64,000 nt of DNA from Saprolegnia diclina VS20 (GCF_000281045.1 NW_008246103.1:212582-276581); one strand, 5' to 3'. Counted from the stretch's first letter, positions 11,101-22,648 are shown. Numbers and translations are program-made. Notes: generated by a model from the sequence alone, not told the origin.

Positions 11101-11671
11101 TCATATCGTCGTCGAAATTAGAGTCGGCGGGCGCCAGCGTTGGCGTCGGGGTCGCGGCGGCAGCGGGGGGGCGGCCTGCCGGCGGCACACGCCCGCCACG
11201 TCCTCGGAAGCTTCCGCGACCACGAAACGACGCCCGTCGGACGTCGCAATTGGCACTGGGCTGGATGGTCTTGGGCGTCGGCGGCCGGGAGAGCGCGTAC
11301 TCGAGCGGAGGCTGGTTCGCGAGCGTCGCGTTGGGTAACTTGAGTTGTGGCAAAGGACTTTTGCTACTTGGCACGATTTGCGTTGGCAGCTCAGTGCGAA
11401 CAAACGCATTGGGCTGCAATCGGTCGGAGATCGGATCTTTGAGTGATGCTGCAGGCTGCACAACGTGGCCGTCCATATCAAAGTCATGAACGTCGGTCGT
11501 GACCTTCTTGACGAGATCGGTGGTGGCGCGAGCGTTCGTGGTCGAAAGCTGTAGCTGGGACATCACACGGCTATCGACAGCACGCTCTTCTTCGAGGCTG
11601 CGGGGGGCGGGGTCAGGATCGGTGGTCACAGCAATCGAGGCAGGGCGCGGCTGGCTGGTGACACACCCCAT
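8174..11671 (-). CDS. CaMKK/GRIK-like Ser/Thr kinase fused to a C-terminal PP2C phosphatase, with N-terminal MGC acylation motif (3 exons; introns ~10716-10767 and ~9961-10010)
   Basis: Starts MGCVTSQ. Kinase motifs LGVGSYAEVK, FAMK, HGDLKPQN, DFG, GTPAFMSPE, DVWAVG. The same terminal exon continues into PP2C motifs RRTTQED, DGHGG, GSTA, GDCRAV, TRTFGD, ACDGLWE, SDNVSV. Confidence 0.88.
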
Positions 11672-12169
11672 GTACAGGGCAAGGGAAGAACGGGGCGACG
11701 ACGATCGGCTAGACGGCGCCCGTTGCCGCCATGCGCCGAGCAATCACGAACCGTTTCGAGTAAAACTAGAGTTTTACGCGAATCCCACAGGAGAAAACGT
11801 GACTAGTTTCATTGCGACAGCGTGCAACCGCTTCGCTTGCGCGACACCCATTTTGTGATTAGCACCATAGCGTCGCCATCTCCGACGTCGCACCAACACG
11901 TCTCTGCTTCCGGAACGATAGCCGCACCGTGCCTTGAACTGGAGATCTTCCTCGCACCAAAAACATACATGATTTCGCAAGCACCTTAAAGGCTCAGCTC
12001 GACCGCAGTCGCTGGAATCTCAAAACCGTTTAACAAAGATATGTCGTCTGGACTAGTAGTCAGCAGCCACGAGGTCGCTCGAAAGCGACAGAAAGGCGAG
12101 GCTAATTCCACGCCACGGAGCGTCTAATGATAGCACGTAAATGCAGTTGCCGATTCAGTGGCGGGCCCC

Positions 12170-14180
12170 ATGACCGAGACCGCACCAAAGAAGAAGAAGT
12201 GGCTCAAGAAGGAAAAAATCGGGCAAGGGTACTCCGTCCAGCCCTATCGTAAGGGCTACTGACAATGTACCATGATCATGTCTAGCGCGCATGGTATCGT
12301 GTACAAGTGCACGGAGCTGCCGCCGTCCACGCGCGTCGTGGCGCTCAAAGAGCTGAGCACAAAGGATCTTTCGTTCGATGAAATCGTAGATTCTACGATC
12401 GGTCGGAACATGATCAAACAGAGGTTGTGGTGTAGGACGCACTCATGCGCGAAGCCACCATCATGCACGGGCTAACGCACAAGCACATCGTGCACTACGA
12501 AGGCGTTAAGCAAAAAAAGCGCCGCCATCTGCTCGAGATAGCGATGGAGTACATGCCGGGGGGCTCACTCAGCGCGTACATTCGCGCGGTGGGCGGTGCT
12601 CTCACGCTTGAGCGAACGCAGCGCTACACGTGGCAGCTTCTGCGCGCACTGCAGTTTCTTCACGACCACCGCATTGCGCACCGGTACGCATCGATCGCGT
12701 CTTCCACGAGTGCTCATGCTTCGGGTCGTCTTGGTTAGGGACATCAAGAGCGCCAATGTGCTACTGAATTTTGACCAATCGCAGCTCAAGTTAGCCGACT
12801 TTGGCGCTCTCAAGGAAATCGGTAGCGTCTCGGTCGTCGGCGGACTCAAGGGAACGCCCCATTGGATGGTGGTCCTTGTGCGCTGAATGATTTGGTTGAG
12901 AGAATGTGGCTGGCGTAGGCGCCAGAAGTTATCAAGGAGCAACAGACCAGCGAAGGGTACACTTTGTCGATTTCTCAGTAAAGTCTCATGGCACAATGTA
13001 GGTGGATCAAAGCCGACATTTGGAGTCTGGGCTGTACCGTGCTCGAGATGCTCACGGGTCAGACGCCGTGGCACGAATTCAGCAACCCGCTCACCGCCAT
13101 GTACAAGATCGTGTCGAGCGACTCGATTCCAAAGGTCCCGACCGACTTGCCAGCCGAGGTACACATGGAATGGCGTTATTTTAGCCTCCGCGTCGAATGC
13201 CTTTTCTAACGAGGTCATCTCGTAGGCAGTTGCGTTTCTCCACGCATGCTTTCAGCGCGACCCCAGCAAGCGACCCGACGCCAAACAGTTGCTGCTCTCG
13301 CCTTTCTTGAAGAGTGTGCGGCGGGAACGTAAGAAGTACAGAGCGGACGCCACGTCGCGCCCCCTCAGTGACTCCCCGCCCAAAACAGTGACGACCACGG
13401 TGCGCCCCGCGCTGTATTGCACTCAGTCAAGCCAACACACTTTCATTTGTAGAAATCGAAGCCCAAGCTGGCCGTCGTGGAGAAGCCGGCGACACCGCCG
13501 CTCAAGCTCCCCGTAGGCGAAGCGAACCTGTGGCAAAATTGGATGACTATGATGTGCATTTAGACGCCTGAAGGCGACGACGACGTTCCCATGCCCAAAT
13601 CCAAAGTGCTCTCGATTCTGCAATCGCCCGACGTGCCATCGCCGTCCATGCGTCACCGGGCTAAGGTTGCGTGCACGTAGCCTTCCTCTCCTATTCATCA
13701 TCCTTTTAGAAACTCGTCAAGCTCGAACCCCTCACACCGAGTGCGCGCGAGACCAACCAAGACGAGCGGCGCGACGCCGAGGTAGCCTCGTCCCGTTCTT
13801 ACGGTGTGATCAATTTTGTCTTTGTCTAGCTTCTCATCAGCGCCACCAAACACGCCTCTCCGTACACGCAACTTTTCTTGCCCTAACCCCTAATGCACCT
13901 ATATTGGTATAGGCAGCCGCGACGCGGTCCAGCGCCCAATGATCTCACCAACTCACCTCTGGCATCGCCACGGTCGCCAGCGCACTTGCTCTCGACGCGG
14001 TCGGTGGGTGACATTCATTTGCCGCCAGGGCTCCAGCGCCCCGAGCTACGCCGCATTGCGACCGCGCCACAGGCCATGCGACGCTCCGAGGTATCGCCGA
14101 GCCGCGTCAAGTTGCCACCACTCTCGGCGCGCGGGCCCTTACCCCCATCTACCTATGATCTGTCGAGTAACAATGCATAA
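12170..14180 (+). CDS. STE11/MAP3K-like Ser/Thr protein kinase, multi-exon, with low-complexity C-terminal tail
   Basis: Exons give WLKKEKIGQG/AHGIVY, VALKE, HR/DIKSANVLL, KLADFG, GTPHWM/APEVI, ADIWSLGCTVLEMLTGQTPW, separated by many short GT-AG introns. Confidence 0.82.
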
Positions 14181-14370
14181 AACTTTGTTTCCTGTTCACT
14201 ATGCGCAAAAAATCGAGCAAAATCAACTCGAGTCGAAACTATTCGAAAAAATCTACGATTCAACCAATACTTGGATTCAGCCATTTCAAAAGTGGCGTTG
14301 GCCGCCACAAGCGACACGATTGGCCAATCCAAAGATACGAGTTTGCAGATTCGTGGCGAAAGGCCAACAA

Positions 14371-15816
14371 ATGCAGCGCAAAGGGTCCGTGCGGCAGCCG
14401 CCGCGCACGATCCGAGGCAGCGTCGACGAGAAGGCGCCGTCGCTCGAGACGATCGATAAGAAGCCGCGTAAGCTCCGTGACGAGACCATCGTCATCCACG
14501 TGTGCGACGAGTTTCGCAAAGTCAATCGGGACTTTACGTGTAACAAGGCGCTGCTGCTGAACAACATGCGGTACTTTTGCGCCTATTTAAGCGATTCGGG
14601 CTCGAGCGAGGACATTGACATTTCCGTGCACTGCGATGTCGGCATCTTTGAGTGGCTCTACAACTACGTTCACGCGGCCAACGGCGTGGGCACGTCACCG
14701 CTCACAAAGCTCGGTGTCGAAAACGTCACGCCAATTCTCATTTCGTCCGACTTTTTGCAGATGGACTACCTCGTCAACGAGTGCACGACGTTCATTGGCA
14801 CGCACCTCGAGTCCGTCGTGGACATGCCGGGGGACCTCCTCTGCGTCTCGGAAGGCATTTTGGACGCGATCGCGCTCAAGTGCTCGCTCGAACAGCTCGA
14901 CATGATTGAGCCGCGCAAGGAAAAGCTCTGCTACAAGCTCTATAGCAAGCGCATCGCCCATTTGCTCGGGCATCTCAAGCAGCTTGAGACAGGCCTCGAC
15001 CAATGCGCGGCGTGCGGCGTCGTTTACTATAGCGGCCACGTTCGAGTCTTGCACTGCCATGACGCGATCCCGAGTATCGGGTGCTTTGGGCAAGTGCTTT
15101 CTCGCCACGAACCGCGGGACGACTGGAGGGTCGATCCTTGGCTCAAGGCACTCGCTGCGTCGCCCAAGACGATGTACTGGAAGCTTTGGGGAGCGCTCCA
15201 GTGCTTGTACTGCGTCGAGTGCCACGTTTTTTTCACGGGCTCAGAAATCAAAGAGTGTTTGCACCACCCCGTGCCAGCGCATACGTCGGCGCTCGAGGCC
15301 TCGACGCACCACGCGTGCTGCGGCGCCCCCAAGTTTGCGGCCGACGCCCGCGCGACCCGCGGTTGCACGTCGAAAGACCACGTGCTCGGTCGCCCGTACG
15401 AGGTGCGGGAGTACTTTGCCCCCGAGAGCAACTTGAACCGCCTGCATGAGCTCGCGACGACCCATGTCGACCTTCTTGCGCGCGACAAGCCCAGTGCGCC
15501 GCCCGTACCGACGGCCCCGCCGGCTGGTGTCGCAGTGCACGACATGCTGCGCCCCAGCGTCGTAGCGCGCAAGAGCATGCTGGCCAACGTCGAGGTGCCG
15601 AGCGATCTCATCAAGAGCCTCAAGTCCAATAGCGCGGACCTCTCGACGCCGCAGACGCGCAAGCAGTGGAAGATCGACCTGTACGTAGCGGGACGCTTGC
15701 GACGCTTATTGAATATGGCGGTGTCTAGACTGCAAGAGAAGGACCGCATCCGAGTCCAGCTTCTCTCGTCCACACTGACCAAGATGCGCACCGAATACCG
15801 TGCTGCGTTTCGGTGA
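14371..15816 (+). CDS. SANBR: SANBR/KIAA1841 (DUF3342, BTB-like) homolog
   Basis: IVIHVCDEFRKVNRDFTC...MRYF...DIDISVHCDVGIFEWL...NVTPILISSDFLQM is the family signature. Cys/His-rich segments follow. Probable in-frame 48-nt intron at 15681-15728. Confidence 0.8.
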   Translation: MQRKGSVRQPPRTIRGSVDEKAPSLETIDKKPRKLRDETIVIHVCDEFRKVNRDFTCNKALLLNNMRYFCAYLSDSGSSEDIDISVHCDVGIFEWLYNYVHAANGVGTSPLTKLGVENVTPILISSDFLQMDYLVNECTTFIGTHLESVVDMPGDLLCVSEGILDAIALKCSLEQLDMIEPRKEKLCYKLYSKRIAHLLGHLKQLETGLDQCAACGVVYYSGHVRVLHCHDAIPSIGCFGQVLSRHEPRDDWRVDPWLKALAASPKTMYWKLWGALQCLYCVECHVFFTGSEIKECLHHPVPAHTSALEASTHHACCGAPKFAADARATRGCTSKDHVLGRPYEVREYFAPESNLNRLHELATTHVDLLARDKPSAPPVPTAPPAGVAVHDMLRPSVVARKSMLANVEVPSDLIKSLKSNSADLSTPQTRKQWKIDLYVAGRLRRLLNMAVSRLQEKDRIRVQLLSSTLTKMRTEYRAAFR

Positions 15817-15960
15817 GCCCCGAGCTTTTCGTTTACCAAGCCTTTATATCCATGCACCCAAGCTGCGTCCTACCGCTGTCAGCTCTCTCGCTGTCTTCCA
15901 CTAATAGCTGCGACTAAGACTCTGGCACGGATGCGTGCACATCAACTAACAGCTACACCA

Positions 15961-16000
15961 GCTCGGACTGCGAGCTCGGGCTGCGAGCTCAGACTGCTGA
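15961..16000. repeat. Short tandem repeat, 3 x ~13 bp (GCTCGGACTGCGA variants)
   Basis: GCTCGGACTGCGA GCTCGGGCTGCGA GCTCAGACTGCTGA read directly. Confidence 0.6.
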
Positions 16001-16369
16001 TCATGTAGAATCATCTTGGGCGGCGCAGCTGCATCAACAATGTCTCGTGGCGGGGTAATCAGGTGCAATTTTGCAAGGTCCACAAAAAGCGCGACAACCG
16101 CAGCGGCATGAACGCTAGCAGCATACTCTATAGCGCCTGGGCTAGTGTGAACCGGTGTCGACTCGTTCCTAGCCTTCGGCGATCCAACGGCGTCGGAGTC
16201 AACCCATCCATGTTCTCGACACCCGCATCATGGCGGCGATGCCATTGGTCGATCTCGACCAATCCAAATGGTTTCCTTTATATATCAATACATGAATCTA
16301 TTCGTTTTTGCAATATATCAATTCATAGAGGTGTTTGCCGTTTGGCACCCAGATCCAGATCTCAACGCC

Positions 16370-17333
16370 ATGCCCACCCAGAAGACACACTCGATCCACA
16401 CCACCGACACGTTCACGAACGACCGGTACGTGGAGCTCTTTTACCAGTCGGTCGTGCCGCAGGTCGAGAGACTGCGTGGCGTCATCGTGTTCCTCCACGG
16501 GCTAGGCGACCACTCGTCGGGGTATCTTGACTTCTTTGAGCTGCTCGCCGAGGCCGGCTACGCCGTCTTCGCCTTTGACTACATTGGCCACGGCAAAAGC
16601 GAAGGCGAGAGAGTCTACCTCGAGCGCTACCAGCACTTGCTGGACGATATTGACCAGTTTATTGCGCTCACCAAGTCCGAAGTCGACAAGCTCAATGTCC
16701 GCGTCGACAAGTACATTCTCATGGGCATATCCCTCGGCGGCCTCTTCTCATCGTTGACGGTTGTCCGCGAGCTACATGCGTTTGATGCTGTCGTCCTCAT
16801 CGCGCCAGCCATCAACGTGCCGATGACGTGGGTTCTCCGGATTCAAAAGGTGTTTGCGTATCTCCTCTCGACCTACTTTCCGACCTGGCGCATCGTGCCC
16901 GGCGTCGAGCGTGAGAGTACGACGACGCTGCTTTTGTACGACAAGGAAAGGCTTATAGACAAATATCATTGTAGAACTGTCGCGCGAGCCCGCGGCGCTT
17001 CTCGAGTTTGACCAAGACGAGCTCTCGTACCACGGCATGACGCCCGCGCGCACGGCCGAGCAGTGCCTCCGCGCGATGGAGGAGCTCGCCGAGCTCAAGA
17101 CCAACTTTCGGACGCCGTTGCTCATCGTCATGGGCACAGACGAGCGCATCGTGTGCCCCGAGAGCATCCGCGCCTTTGTCCGCGATGTCCCGAGCGACGA
17201 CAAGGACCTCGTCGTCTTTGAAGGCGTGGGGCATATGCTCATGCGCGAGTCCAAGCGTGACGAGGTCGAGCAGACCATTATCCAGTGGCTGAACGCCCGC
17301 ACGTTCCAGTCAAAGCAAGCTGAGGCCGTGTAA
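16370..17333 (+). CDS. Alpha/beta hydrolase, monoglyceride lipase / lysophospholipase family (one intron ~16911-16973)
   Basis: VFLHGLGDH, FDYIGHGKSEG, nucleophile elbow GISLG, GTDERIV (Asp) and EGVGHML (His). Confidence 0.88.
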
Positions 17334-17762
17334 CAAGCAACTCCAATAGCACCATCCAGTTACACGAGCCTGCGTTGGACCATCATACGCGAGAAGGAGC
17401 ATTCTGACCACACAAATGCCACGAGAACTAACATTTTGGCCAGTAATCATGTCCCTCAGGAGAGATTTGAAGTATCAACTTGATATTTCAAAATGGCCGA
17501 GAATATTCTATGACGACGAGGTAATCAAATGCCCCGCAGCTCCCTCCCATGACCCCACTGGTGCTTCAACGAATTGCGCCGACCAACAACTCGCGTATTC
17601 AGTCATGCTCGTTGGAGCTGCAATGTTATTGGACGTTACGGAAAATATCAAGTACAAATGGTAATTATCGAGTCAAAAAGAGCGCACGCTCTTCTTTTAT
17701 ATTTTCCCTGCACTTGATTCACCTCTTCAATCGCCAATTTGCTTTCACGAAACTCGACACCC

Positions 17763-19274
17763 ATGTCGAAAATGCTCCTGCCCAAGTCCCTCTTGCTTTC
17801 GTGCGCGACCGAGGTCAAGCAGATCGCAGCCCGTGAGAACAACGCGACGACGTATGTCAACTGCCACATCGAGGCCCCCACGTGCGACGACACTGAGCGC
17901 CAGCCGATCGACCTCGTGATTGTCCTCGACAAGTCGGCGAGCATGGCCGAGATGGAGAAGCTCGATTTATGCAAGACGACGCTGACCTTTTTGGCGCGGG
18001 AACTCTCGGCCAATGACCGCGTGAGCTTAGTCGTGTACGACAGTGACGTGACGACCATTCTGCCGCTCACGCTCATGACGCACGACGGGAAAACGCTTTT
18101 CGAAAAGCGGGTTCGCGCCATTCAAGCAGGAACGTGCACGAACCTCAGCGGCGGTCTTTTCGCCGGCTTGGATGAGATTCGACGCCCAGAGCGGAGCGAC
18201 GGTGGGTCGCCCAACCCCATTCGGTCGGTGCTTCTCTTGACGGATGGACTTGCCAACTACGGTGTGGTGAAATCGTTGCCGCTGCTCAGCATTCTAGAGA
18301 GCTGCTACAGCGACGCCCCCCATACCGCCAAGGATTACGAAGCGCCTACGTCCAGTGCTCGTGCAGAGCAGCAGTCGCCCGTGTCGCTCTTCACCTTCGG
18401 CTATGGAGACAACCACGATGCCAAACTCTTGCGAAGTATCTCGGACTTTGGTCGAGGCACGTACTACTTTGTTCAGAGCGCGGACGCTGTCTCGGTCGCG
18501 TTCGCCGACTGCCTCGGAGGTCTTCTCAGCGTTGTGGCTCAAAACATTCAACTCGAAGTGCTCGTCGCGTCGCCAGGTGTTCGCATTCTCGACATCAACA
18601 CCAAGCGCCCCCAGCGCGTCGAGGTTCCTGGGCTGCACTATGTGGTGGAGCTCGGTGACTTGTACAGCGAAGAGCTCCGCGATCTTCTCGTGCACGTCCA
18701 AACCACGGCAAGTGTCGACACCGACCAGCAATACTTGGTCGAGTTTCGTCTGCGCTACGTCAATGTACTGACGTCCCGCATCGAGACGACGGCGACCATG
18801 AGCGCAATTGCTCGCCCCAGCGTTGTCACCGACACCTCGGTGTGTCTGGCTGTTACGCGGCAAAAGCACCGACTGGAGACGGCCGATGCCATGGACGCCG
18901 CCCAGCGCGAGGCCGACGACGGCCACCTTGACCTCGGCCAAGCCCGACTCGCAGCGCTCAGCGAGAAGCTGCAACGCGCTTTTGCCGACTTGGGTTTGGA
19001 CGCGACCGTGGGTCAAGAGAAAATATTGCTCGAAGACTTGCGCGATTGCCAAGAGGCTATGAAAACCCTCGCGGTGTACCGGTCGCGGGGCCAGTTCCGG
19101 CTCACGAACCGCGCGCAGACCCATCATACGCAGCGAAGCAACGACACGGAGACGTCGTGGGTCGACATCAAGACCGAAGATAGTTTCTGCAGCGAAGACT
19201 CTGGCACGTATCGCAACGAGACCAAGCGCCGAGTGATGGCCCGCGCGCTCGATATGACCAAGAAGGACACATAA
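17763..19274 (+). CDS. von Willebrand factor A domain protein
   Basis: PIDLVIVLDKSASM (MIDAS), GTCTNLSGGL, LLLTDGLAN, TFGYGDNHD, AFADCLGGLLSVVAQ; intronless. Confidence 0.88.
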   Translation: MSKMLLPKSLLLSCATEVKQIAARENNATTYVNCHIEAPTCDDTERQPIDLVIVLDKSASMAEMEKLDLCKTTLTFLARELSANDRVSLVVYDSDVTTILPLTLMTHDGKTLFEKRVRAIQAGTCTNLSGGLFAGLDEIRRPERSDGGSPNPIRSVLLLTDGLANYGVVKSLPLLSILESCYSDAPHTAKDYEAPTSSARAEQQSPVSLFTFGYGDNHDAKLLRSISDFGRGTYYFVQSADAVSVAFADCLGGLLSVVAQNIQLEVLVASPGVRILDINTKRPQRVEVPGLHYVVELGDLYSEELRDLLVHVQTTASVDTDQQYLVEFRLRYVNVLTSRIETTATMSAIARPSVVTDTSVCLAVTRQKHRLETADAMDAAQREADDGHLDLGQARLAALSEKLQRAFADLGLDATVGQEKILLEDLRDCQEAMKTLAVYRSRGQFRLTNRAQTHHTQRSNDTETSWVDIKTEDSFCSEDSGTYRNETKRRVMARALDMTKKDT

Positions 19275-19358
19275 ACGTGGCGTTCGATGAGCAGAAGGAT
19301 AGACCCCGCCAACACGAGGCAGGATGAAATCGCTTACACTCGGCATTTGAAATAATGT

Positions 19359-19438
19359 AGGATATTAACCCCTCCATCCCACAAAGCTACAGGCTATAGC
19401 TCTGGCTTTAGCTCTGTGAGCTGGAGGGGTTGATACCT
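19359..19438. repeat. ~80-bp imperfect inverted repeat (hairpin)
   Basis: TATTAACCCCTCCATCCCACAAAGCTA ... TAGCTCTGTGAGCTGGAGGGGTTGATA with central palindrome GCTATAGC. Confidence 0.7.
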
Positions 19439-19652
19439 GGTGCAGTTCTTGTTGACAACATTTTGGTTCTGGTTGAAATTAATTGAGTCGCCTATAAAAT
19501 CTAGAAAACGGAATGTAGACCTTATTTTTGACATGCTAAATACCGGTATATGTGTGGGAGATGACGGCGTTGACTAAGCTTGCACTATGCAACATTATGT
19601 CCTCTATAAAACCAAAATACGGTTGTGCTGCCTAATCAGACAAGATCTGGTT

Positions 19653-21050
19653 ATGACGACGCCGGAGCTGCCAACGCACCTCCTCGAGAAGATCGTCTGC
19701 AACCTCGACGACTCGACGTCCTTCTTCTCGGCGCTGAACGAGCTACCTTGCACTGGCAGAAGCCCGTTCCTCGCTGCGTTTTGCGAGGCCGCGGCCGTGT
19801 GCCCACCGTGGCGCCTGTGGCCCAAGTTGCAAATTTTCGCGCATGAGCCTCTGGCGAGCGAAGCGCTCGTGGAGCGCGTGCTCCGAGACCATCCGCGCGT
19901 TTGGCTCGATACGACTTGTCTGGTTGCGTATGTTTATATGATGTCGCCGACGGCCCAGCTCCAGCTTGCCGTGACTGACGACGAAATCATCGACACGACC
20001 TTGCTCGCCAACGTCACCGACTTGCATGTGATCTCCACGGACCCTCAACTGCTTGTGCCCACTGCAGCGCGCTTGGCGAACGCACCCCGCGTTCGCACGC
20101 TGCGCCTCGCCGTTGATATCGGCGTCGTGCTACAGAACGACGATCTCCTTGATGTGCTTTCGGCGAGTCTCTCGCCGTCGCTGGAGTCGCTAGTTTTTCT
20201 CTTTGACGGTGACCTTCTCGACGAGCTGAGTGACGTGGTCGTGATGCGCGTTGCGCAACTCATCGTGACGTTTCCCGTCTCCATGGTCCGCTTCTCGAGC
20301 GTCCGAACAAGCAACGCCGGGGCACGCACGCTCTTTGATGCGCTTCGTAACGCACCGAGCCTCGACAAGATCAACTTCTTAAGCTGCGATCAGCTTGTGA
20401 GTATGATCGCGGCGTTTAGCCAGCCGAGAACGTGTCTGCGCTACCACGAACACGACGCCGCATGCGTCGCAAAGGTTGCGCAGTCGTCCGCCTTTCCAAC
20501 GATGAGAGAGTGGTCCATGTCGACTTCGTACCGGGAGGCGCGCCCAGTGTACGCGTTGCTCCGGGCGATGCCTCGACTGCACCACATTTCCGTGAGCTGT
20601 GACAGCGACGACGATGTATATATGTACCCCGTTCTCCTCGCCGATATCGCCACGCTACAAAACTTGCGGTCGCTCGCATTTTCCGCCGAGCGTCTCCTCG
20701 GCAACCCAGACCACGCCGCGCAGCTCTTTCTCATGCTTCGGGAGCTCCCAAATCTCGCAACACTGCGGCTCATTTGCGCAGGCACCACGACCGAAGGGGT
20801 CATCGTGCTCGCGGCCGTGCTATCCCGTCTCCCGCACCTCCACCACATCGATTTGTCTGAAAATTTTCTTGGTGACGCCGCGGTCCCCGTGCTGGAGCAC
20901 ATCATTGCGATGCCGCAGCTCCAGTCGCTCTGGCTCGCCTGCAACGACCTCTCGCCCGAGGCCAAGGCACGACTCGGCCGCTACTTGCAGCAACTGGACC
21001 GGTCTCCCTGCCACCTCGCGCTCGACGACTACCAGCAGTCGTTCGTTTGA
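19653..21050 (+). CDS. F-box-like + RNI-type leucine-rich repeat protein, tandem paralog 1
   Basis: N-terminal LPTHLLEKIVCNLD; C-terminal LRRs (LHHIDLSENFLGD, LQSLWLACNDLS); homologous to the next two ORFs. Confidence 0.8.
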   Translation: MTTPELPTHLLEKIVCNLDDSTSFFSALNELPCTGRSPFLAAFCEAAAVCPPWRLWPKLQIFAHEPLASEALVERVLRDHPRVWLDTTCLVAYVYMMSPTAQLQLAVTDDEIIDTTLLANVTDLHVISTDPQLLVPTAARLANAPRVRTLRLAVDIGVVLQNDDLLDVLSASLSPSLESLVFLFDGDLLDELSDVVVMRVAQLIVTFPVSMVRFSSVRTSNAGARTLFDALRNAPSLDKINFLSCDQLVSMIAAFSQPRTCLRYHEHDAACVAKVAQSSAFPTMREWSMSTSYREARPVYALLRAMPRLHHISVSCDSDDDVYMYPVLLADIATLQNLRSLAFSAERLLGNPDHAAQLFLMLRELPNLATLRLICAGTTTEGVIVLAAVLSRLPHLHHIDLSENFLGDAAVPVLEHIIAMPQLQSLWLACNDLSPEAKARLGRYLQQLDRSPCHLALDDYQQSFV

Positions 21051-21211
21051 ATAATGACGAGCTGCCTGTTGCTTCCTTAATCGAAGTTGCGTTTGCCGAA
21101 TTGATTGTGTCGGCTACAAAACACACTGACGGTTATAAAAACAGGTATGAGTGGAAGCTCGCAACAGCCAATCCGTGAACGCCATCAGATTGACGTCTTG
21201 GCGCTTGGAGG

Positions 21212-22648
21212 ATGCGGAAGCGACAAAAGGCGTCGCCGCGTCCGCTGCCGCAAGGGCTCCTCGAGAGAATTGCGTGCTTCATCGACACGCCGATCGTCTT
21301 CTTTTCAACCCTGGAGGTGCTGCCCCGGTCCAAAATGGACCCGTTCTTGAGTGCGCTCTACGACCTCGCGACCGTGGTCACCCCGTGGTGCCTTTGGCCC
21401 GTCCTCCAGCCAGCCGCCGGGCTTGCGCAGCTGCCAGCCGCCTACGCGCCGCTCGTGAAACGCGTGCTTGAAAGCCATCCGCGCGTCGTCTTGGAGGCAA
21501 GTAGCCCACAAGAGTACTTTGGCATGCTCTCGCCGACCGCCAGCGTCCAGCTGCGAGCCACCGACGCCCAGCTGCTGTGGCAACTCGCCGACACCGTGGC
21601 CATTGTCACAAGCTTGCACATCGATTTCACCGCGTCCGTGTCACTGCAGTCGCTTCTACAGCACTTGGTGCTGGCGCCCCGCCTTCGGTCTCTCGCTCTC
21701 GATATGGACGTCCGCGCGCTAAGCACCATCCACGAGCGCTACCTCAAGAGTTTTATACCGATACTTTGCGACTCGCTGCAATCCGTGACGCTCGCGCTCA
21801 CCGGTCAGTGCGGTGAGCAGGTGCCCGAAGCAACCGTGCATACAATCGCCCGACTCGTCGCGTCGCTGCCCGTGACACAGCTAAGGCTCGACTCCGTGGC
21901 CACGTCCGAGCATGGCGCGCGGCGGCTCTACGACGCCATTCTCGATGCCAAGCGCCTCTCGCAGCTCAAGTTGTTTGCGTGCGACGACCTCGCGGGCCAA
22001 CTCGCCGTCCTTGGCGCGCCCTGGGTATGCATGCGCCGTCACACGCACGAGGTAGCCTGTCGCCCGGACCATTGCCCTTTTCCCAGCCTCTTGTCGTGGA
22101 CCATGGCGACGCGGAAGACAGATCTGAGCCAAGTCTTTGCCACGCTCCGACGCATGCCGCACCTCCAGCACGTGGGCATTCAATTGCTCTATACACCTGA
22201 TGAAGACGCGACTACACTGCTGCTATCGACCCTCGGGCAGCTCCACGGCGTGCGAGCGCTCACCTTGTCTGGGCCGTTGCTGCTTCAAGACACGCGTCGT
22301 GTAACGCAAGTGATCAACATGCTCTCTGAGCTGCAGCATCTCTCGGCGCTGCGGCTTGTCTCTTCCGACCTTGGCAGCACAGGTCTCCGTCTGCTCGTGC
22401 AAGCGCTACAACACCGACCAAAGTGGACGGCCGTGGATTTGCGCTGGAACGACTTGACCGATGCCGACGTGCCGCTTCTCGAGACACTGGTGGACTCGCC
22501 GCAGGTCCGGACGCTCTGGCTCGGGGGCAATAAGCTCTCGGACGATGCCAAAGACCAGCTGGAATCACACGCGTGGTACCGAGAGACGCGTCCGCTGGCG
22601 CACCTTGCGCTGGACGATGCGGAAAAAGGTCCCCAAGACTTCGAGTAG
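21212..22648 (+). CDS. F-box-like + RNI-type leucine-rich repeat protein, tandem paralog 2
   Basis: LPQGLLERIACFID; VDLRWNDLTD and LWLGGNKLSD; 478-aa intronless ORF. Confidence 0.8.
   Translation: MRKRQKASPRPLPQGLLERIACFIDTPIVFFSTLEVLPRSKMDPFLSALYDLATVVTPWCLWPVLQPAAGLAQLPAAYAPLVKRVLESHPRVVLEASSPQEYFGMLSPTASVQLRATDAQLLWQLADTVAIVTSLHIDFTASVSLQSLLQHLVLAPRLRSLALDMDVRALSTIHERYLKSFIPILCDSLQSVTLALTGQCGEQVPEATVHTIARLVASLPVTQLRLDSVATSEHGARRLYDAILDAKRLSQLKLFACDDLAGQLAVLGAPWVCMRRHTHEVACRPDHCPFPSLLSWTMATRKTDLSQVFATLRRMPHLQHVGIQLLYTPDEDATTLLLSTLGQLHGVRALTLSGPLLLQDTRRVTQVINMLSELQHLSALRLVSSDLGSTGLRLLVQALQHRPKWTAVDLRWNDLTDADVPLLETLVDSPQVRTLWLGGNKLSDDAKDQLESHAWYRETRPLAHLALDDAEKGPQDFE

Noticed and set aside
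13939..14370. N-terminal extension of the 625-aa ORF
   Set aside because: It overlaps the last exon of the upstream kinase and an AT-rich intergenic stretch; ATG 14371 is the likelier start.
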